Part shown: positions 58,128 through 64,000 of the stretch, piece by piece | Layout: the number at the start of each line of letters is the position of its first letter | Numbering within the stretch: the stretch's first letter is position 1 | Origin: Ranitomeya imitator | Taxonomy: Eukaryota | Assembly: GCF_032444005.1 (NCBI RefSeq) | Contig: NC_091289.1 | Span: forward strand, 9,114,001-9,178,000 | Direction: 5' to 3' | DNA length: 64,000 nt | Notes under the pieces: generated by a model | Databases searched by the model: none | What the model saw: only the letters and a program-made list of their open reading frames with translations | Told to the model about the DNA's origin: nothing | Translations under genes and position numbers: made by a program

Positions 58128-58184
58128 ATTATTATTATTATTATACATTTTTATAGCGCCATTTATTCCATGGCGCTTTACATG
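58128..58184 (-). mobile_element. Isolated 3' tail of an L2/CR1-like retroposon
   Basis: Minus strand reads catgtaaagcgccatggAATAAAtggcgctataaaaatgta(taa)n: stem-loop plus short-tandem tail. Confidence 0.6.
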
Positions 58185-59108
58185 CTCAGGATCAGTAATG
58201 TAATGTGTGTACACAGTGACTGCACCAGCAGAATAGTGAGTGCAGCTCTGGAGTATAATACAGGATGTAACTCAGGATCAGTAATGTAATGTATGTACAC
58301 AGTGACTGCACCAGCAGAATAGTGAGTGCAGCGCTGGAGTATAATACAGGATGTAACTCAGGATCAGTAATGTAATGTATGTACACAGTGACTGCACCAG
58401 CAGAATAGTGAGTGCAGCTCTGGAGTATAATACAGGAGATGACTCAGGATCAGTAATGTAATGTGTGTACACAGTGACTGCACCAGCAGAATAGTGAGTG
58501 CAGCTCTGGAGTATAATACAGGAGATAACTCAGGATCAGTAATGTAATGTGTGTACACAGTGACTGCACCAGCAGAATAGTGAGTGCAGCTCTGGGGTAT
58601 AATACAGGAGGTAACTCAGGATCAGTAATGTAATGTATGTACACAGTGACTGCACCAGCAGAATAGTGAGTGCAGCTCTGGAGTATAATACAGGATGTAA
58701 CTCAGGATCAGTAATGTAATGTATGTACACAGTAACTGCACCAGCAGAATAGTGAGTGCAGCTCTGCAGTATAATGCAGGATGTCACTCAGGATCAGTTA
58801 TGTATGTACACAGTGACTGCACCAGCAGAATATTGAGTGCAGCTCTGGAGTATAATACAGGAGATAACTCAGGATCAGTAATGTAATGTATGTACACAGT
58901 GACTCCACCAGCAGAATATTGAGTGCAGCTCTGGGGTATAATACAGGATATAACTCAGGATCAGTTATGTATGTACACAGTGACTGCACCAGCAGAATAG
59001 TGAGTGCAGCTTTGGAGTATAATACAGGATGTAACTCAGGATCAGTAATGTAATGTATGTACACAGTGACTGCACCAGCAGAATAGTGAGTGCAGCTCTG
59101 GAGTATAA

Positions 59109-60116
59109 GGCCATGTTCACACAGTGCGTTTTTTACCACGGAAACGCAGCGGTTTTGCCGCTGCGGTTCTGCGGCTGTTTTCCATGCAGGGTACAGTACA
59201 CTGTACCCTATGGAAAACAGGACCCACTGTGCACATGGTCCTGAATTGAAAAAAAAAACCGCACTGATTAGCTGCGGTAAAAAAGAAGTACCATGTCACT
59301 TCTTTTTGTAAAACAGCAGCGGTTCTGCACCCATAGACCTCCATTGTGAGGTCAAACCCGCAGTAAAACCCGCAGATGAAAAAAATATCTGCGGGTTTTA
59401 CTGCGGTTTGTGGTGCAGAACCGCTGCAGTGTGGCTGCCCCCCCGTGCCCCAATCCCACCCCCCCATGCTCCGACGCCCCCCCCGTGCCCCCATCTCCCC
59501 CCCCTTATACTTACCCGGTCCCGTTGTCCGTCCGGCCGTCTTCTCCCTGGGCGCCGCCATCTTGCAAAATGGCGGGCGCATGCGCAGTGCGCCCACCGAA
59601 TCTGCACGCCGGCAGATTCGTTACAAAGTGCATTTTGATCACTGAGATATAACCTATCTCAGTGATCAAAATAAAAAAAATAGTAAATGACCCCCCCCCC
59701 CTTTGTCACCCCCATANNNNNNNNNNNNNNNNNNNNNNNNNNNNNNNNNNNNNNNNNNNNNNNNNNNNNNNNNNNNNNNNNNNNNNNNNNNNNNNNNNNN
59801 NNNNNNNNNNNNNNNNNNNNNNNNNNNNNNNNNNNNNNNNNNNNNNNNNNNNNNNNNNNNNNNNNNNNNNNNNNNNNNNNNNNNNNNNNNNNNNNTTAAC
59901 CCTAAAAAAATTCCTAGAAAACACACAGACTCTGGCTAGAAAACTGCATCAAAAAACGCATCAAAAAACGCATCAAAAAACGCATCAAAAAACGCATCAA
60001 AAAAGGACCAAAAAAGGACCAAAAAAAGGACCTGCGTTTTCTGCCAAGAGCTGCAGTTTTTTAAAAAACAGTCCTGAAAAAAAAAGGATGGAAATCAGGA
60101 ACGTGTGAACATACCC
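59109..60116. mobile_element. Harbinger-like non-autonomous element spanning the assembly gap; the two ends may belong to different copies
   Basis: taa|ggccatgttcacac ... gtgtgaacataccc|tta. Confidence 0.7.
59717..59895. other. Assembly gap (179 N)
   Basis: Run of N in the sequence. Confidence 1.
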
Positions 60117-62326
60117 TTATACAGGAGGTAACTCAGGATCAGTAATGTAATGTATGTACACAGTGACTGCACCAGCAGAATAGTGAGTGCAGCTCTGGGG
60201 TATAATACATGATGTAACTCAGGATCAGTAATGTAATGTATGTACACAGTGACTGCACCAGCAGAATAGTGAGTGCAGCTCTGGAGTATAATACAGGATG
60301 TAACTCAGGATCAGTAATGTAATGTATGTACACAGTGACTGCACCAGCAGAATAGTGAGTGCAGCTCTGGAGTATAATACAGGATGTAACTCAGGATCAG
60401 TAATCTAATGTATGTACACAGTGACTGCACCAGCAGAATAGTGAGTGCAGCTCTGGAGTATAATACAGGATGTAACTCAGGATCAGTAATGTAATGTATG
60501 TACACAGTGACTGCACCAGCAGAATAGTGAGTGCAGCTCTGGAGTATAATACAGGATGTAACTCAGGATCAGTATGTAATGTATGTACACAGTGACTGCA
60601 CCAGCAGAATAGTGAGTGCAGCTCTGGAGTATAATACAGGATGTAACTCAGAATCAGTAATGTAATGTATGTACACAGTGACTGCACCAGCAGAATAGTG
60701 AATGCAGCTCTGGGTATAATACAGGATGTAACTCGGGATCAGTAATGTAATGTATGTACACAGTGACTGCACCAGCAGAATAGTGAGTGCAGCTCTGGGG
60801 TATAATACAGGATGTAACTCAGGATCAGTAATGTAATGTATGTACACAGTGACTGCACCAGCAGAATAGTGAGTGCAGCTCTGGAGTATAATACAGGATG
60901 TAACTCAGGATCATTAATGTATGTACACAGTGACTGCACCAGCAGAATAGTGAGTGCAGCCCTGGGGTATAATACAGGATGTAACTCAGGATCAGTAATG
61001 TAACGTATGTACACTATGACTGCACCAGCAGAATAGTGAGTGCAGCTCTGGGGTATAATACAGGATGTAACTCAGGATCAGTAATGTAATGTATGTACAC
61101 TGTGACTGCACCAGCAGAATAGTGAGTGCAGCTCTGAGGTATAATACAGGATGTAACTCAGGATCAGTAATGTAATGTATGTACACTGTGACTGCACCAG
61201 CAGAATAGTGAGTGCAGCTCTGGGGTATAATACAGGATGTAACTCAGGATCAGTAATGTAATGTATGTACACAGTGACTGCACCAGCAGAATAGTGAGTG
61301 CAGCTCTGGGGTATAATACAGGATGTAACTCAAGATCAGTAATGTAATGTATGTACACTGTGACTGCACCAGAAGAATAGTGAGTGCAGCTCTGGGGTAT
61401 AATACAGGATGTAACTCAGGATCAGTAATGTAATGTGTGTACACAGTGACCGCACCTGTAGAATAGTGAGTGCAGCTCTGGGGTATAATACAGGATGTAA
61501 CTCAGGATCAGTAATGTATGTACACAGTGACTGCACCAGCAGAATAGTGAGTGCAGCTCTGGAGTATAATACAGGATGTAACTCAGGATCAGTAATGTAA
61601 TGTATGTACACAGTGACTGCACCAGCAGAATAGTGAGTGCAGCTCTGGGGTATAATACAGGATGTAACTCAGGATCAGTAATGTAATGTATGTACACAGT
61701 GACTGCACCAGCAGAATAGTGAGTGCAGCTCTGGAGTATAATACAGGATGTAACTCAGGATCAGTAATGTAATGTATGTACACAGTGACTGCACCAGCAG
61801 AATAGTGAGCGCAGCTCTGGGGTATAATACAGGAGGTAACTCAGGATCAGTAATGTAATGTATGTACACAGTGACTGCACCAGCAGAATAGTGAGCGCAG
61901 CTCTGGGGTATAATACAGGAGGTAACTCAGGATCAGTAATGTAATGTATGTACACAGTGACTGCACCAGCAGAATAGTGAGTGCAGCTCTGGAGTATAAT
62001 ACAGGATGTAACTCAGGATCAGTAATGTAATGTATGTACACAGTGACTGCACCAGCAGAATAGTGAGCGCAGCTCTGGGGTATAATACAGGAGGTAACTC
62101 AGGATCAGTAATGTAATGTATGTACACAGTGACTGCACCAGCAGAATAGTGAGCGCAGCTCTGGGGTATAATACAGGAGGTAACTCAGGATCAGTAATGT
62201 AATGTATGTACACAGTGACTGCACCAGCAGAATAGTGAGTGCAGCTCTGGGGTATAATACAGGATGTAACTCAGGATCAGTAGTATAATGCATATTATCA
62301 ATTAATTTCTTATGGTTTTCCTGCAG

Positions 62327-62450
62327 GCTCTACTTTAGCCGCCAATGTGTGCAGGAAGATCACAGGACAACTGACCGGAGCTATAGGAAAGCGGGATGAT
62401 GCTGCGGTGCAGCTGGAGGCTCTTGATATATTGTCGGACATGTTGGGAAG
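62327..62450 (+). CDS. CAND2: CAND2 coding exon 4 ([41 protein letters not shown])
   Basis: 124 nt. [11 protein letters not shown] is CAND2-type (CAND1 has NVCKKITGRLT). Confidence 0.95.
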
Positions 62451-62486
62451 GTGAGATGATTCTTTATAGGAAGTTTATTTTTGTTA

Positions 62487-62704
62487 CCAACATAATAATG
62501 CTGCACTCTATAGCGCTGTAGCATGACAACATGAAATATATAAATATGATTCGCATTACTGCACTGGAAGATATGAAAAATTGAGAATACTTATCTCATA
62601 CTTTCTCAATTTTTCATATTTTCTAGTGCAGTAATGTGATTCATATTCCATATATTTCACGTTGTCATGCTATAGCGCTACAGAGTACAGCATTATTTTG
62701 TTAG
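62487..62704. repeat. AT-rich inverted repeat (fold-back) of about 218 bp in CAND2 intron 4
   Basis: Arms ...aataatgctgcactctatagcgctgtagcatgacaac... and ...gttgtcatgctatagcgctacagagtacagcattatt... Confidence 0.85.
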
Positions 62705-62838
62705 TTACATATGGCGATGGCTGCTCTTAGTAAGCTCCTGTACACACCTGATTTCGGTTTGCAGGTGACGGTCAGTCTTTTGATATTTGAGTGTATTTTT
62801 GTTGTGGCTCCATCTCATCTCCTCTATGCCCCCAGCAG

Positions 62839-63095
62839 ATTGGGAGGAGCGCTCTACTCCTTCCACCCCTCCATCCTCAGCTGTCTTCTGCCCCAGCTCA
62901 CCAGTCCTCGTCTTGCAGTGAGGAAGAGAGCGGTGCTGGCGCTGGGGCACCTGGTGCAAACCTGCAATGGAAACCTGTTCACAGAACTGCTGGAACATCT
63001 GGTGGCCGAAATGAAAAAGAACGAATCCACATCCACCACTAGAACGTATATTCAGTGTGTGGCCGCTGTCAGCATGCAGGCCGGACACAGACTGG
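62839..63095 (+). CDS. CAND2: CAND2 coding exon 5 (LGGALYSFHPSILSCLLPQLTSPRLAVRKR...QAGHRL-G)
   Basis: 257 nt, gtaagg donor, HEAT repeats. Confidence 0.96.
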
Positions 63096-63178
63096 GTAAG
63101 GAAGGCGGCACGATGCCAATGCATATTATAGGAACATTATCATTTATTACCTCCTCATCCCATCTGTCCTTTCTCCAG

Positions 63179-63421
63179 GGCCACATCTAGAGAGAATAGT
63201 GCCCCTAGTGGTGGGGTTCTGTAAAGTGGAAGATGATGAGCTGCAAGAGCAGTGTTTCCAGGCTCTGGACTCCTTCATCAGACGCTGCCCCAAAGAAATA
63301 TCACCTTATGTCCCCACAGTCATGGATTTATGTCTGAAGTATATTTCTTATGACCCTAACTACAACTATGATAGTGAAGAGGAAGAGGAGACGATGGAGA
63401 CAGAAAGTGAAGAAGAACCAG
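63179..63421 (+). CDS. CAND2: CAND2 coding exon 6 ([21 protein letters not shown]...[24 protein letters not shown]); the gene continues past the window
   Basis: 243 nt. ttctccag acceptor and g|gtatga donor. Confidence 0.94.
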
Positions 63422-63434
63422 GTATGACCCTCAA

Positions 63435-64000
63435 ATACTGCCCCTATGTACAAACATATAACTACTACAATACTGGCCCCCATGTACAAGAATATAACTA
63501 CTATAATACTGCCCCCTATGTACAAGAATATAACAACTATAATACTGCCCCCTATGTACAAGAATATAACTACTATAATACTGCTCCTATGTACAAGAAT
63601 ATAACTACTATAATACTGCTCCTATGTACAAGAATATAACAACTATAATACTGCCCCCTATGTACAAGAATATAACTACTATAATACTGCTCCTATGTAC
63701 AAGAATATAACTACTATAATACTGCTCCTATGTACAAGAATATAACTACTATAATACTGCCCCCTATGTACAAGAATATAACTACTATAATACTGCTCCT
63801 ATGTACAAGAATATAACTACTATAATACTGCTCCTATGTACAAGAATATAACTACTATAATACTGCCCCCTATGTACAAGAATATAACTACTATAATACT
63901 GCCCCTATGTACAAGAATATAACTACTATAATACTGCTCCTATGTACAAGAATATAACTACTATAATACTGCTCCTATGTACGAGAACATAACTACTATA
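63435..64000. repeat. 35/36-bp minisatellite running off the window end
   Basis: Repeated ctgc(t/cc)cctatgtacaagaatataactactataata. Confidence 0.96.

Larger units (their letters stand above)
57962..62288 (+). repeat. 86-bp satellite array in CAND2 intron 3, interrupted at 58128-58184 and 59109-60116
   Basis: Same unit and orientation as 37150-40110. Confidence 0.97.

Noticed and set aside
59662-60108. ORFs containing X runs
   Set aside because: Artefacts of the 179-N gap.
54966-63421. Alternative assignment as CAND1
   Set aside because: HISS and [11 protein letters not shown] match CAND2. The uninterrupted 243-nt sixth exon also fits CAND2 as I recall its structure. A tree would confirm.
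63422-63639. Read-through extension of CAND2 exon 6 ([12 protein letters not shown] repeats)
   Set aside because: It lies past the g|gtatga donor and is minisatellite sequence.

Overview
Eukaryotic, intron-rich vertebrate DNA, most likely a frog (inferred from the bullfrog-like ghrelin SPADMQK sequence and the repeat landscape). Five genes can be rebuilt exon by exon with GT-AG junctions and consistent phases: the 3' half of IRAK2 (+), complete TATDN2 (+, 686 aa), complete preproghrelin GHRL (-, 118 aa), complete SEC13 (-) and the first six coding exons of CAND2 (+), head-to-head with SEC13. The rest is mostly transposon debris (Tc1, hAT, Harbinger-like and TTAA MITEs, two Helitrons, a Penelope-like retroelement) and large minisatellite arrays, which account for nearly all long ORFs in the track. 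There is one assembly gap (59717-59895). Main observations: (1) a minimal type I hammerhead ribozyme in a Penelope-like insertion with a 104-bp flanking duplication, part of a four-level nest; (2) a ghrelin with mammal-identical GSSFLSP and a teleost-like Gly-Arg-Arg amidation signal; (3) two Helitrons joined 5'-to-5' at one site; (4) a hairpin cassette with outward-facing splice donors shared by unrelated transposon families; (5) minisatellites that appear to derive from transposon sequence. Everything was read by eye. No searches or folding programs were run.
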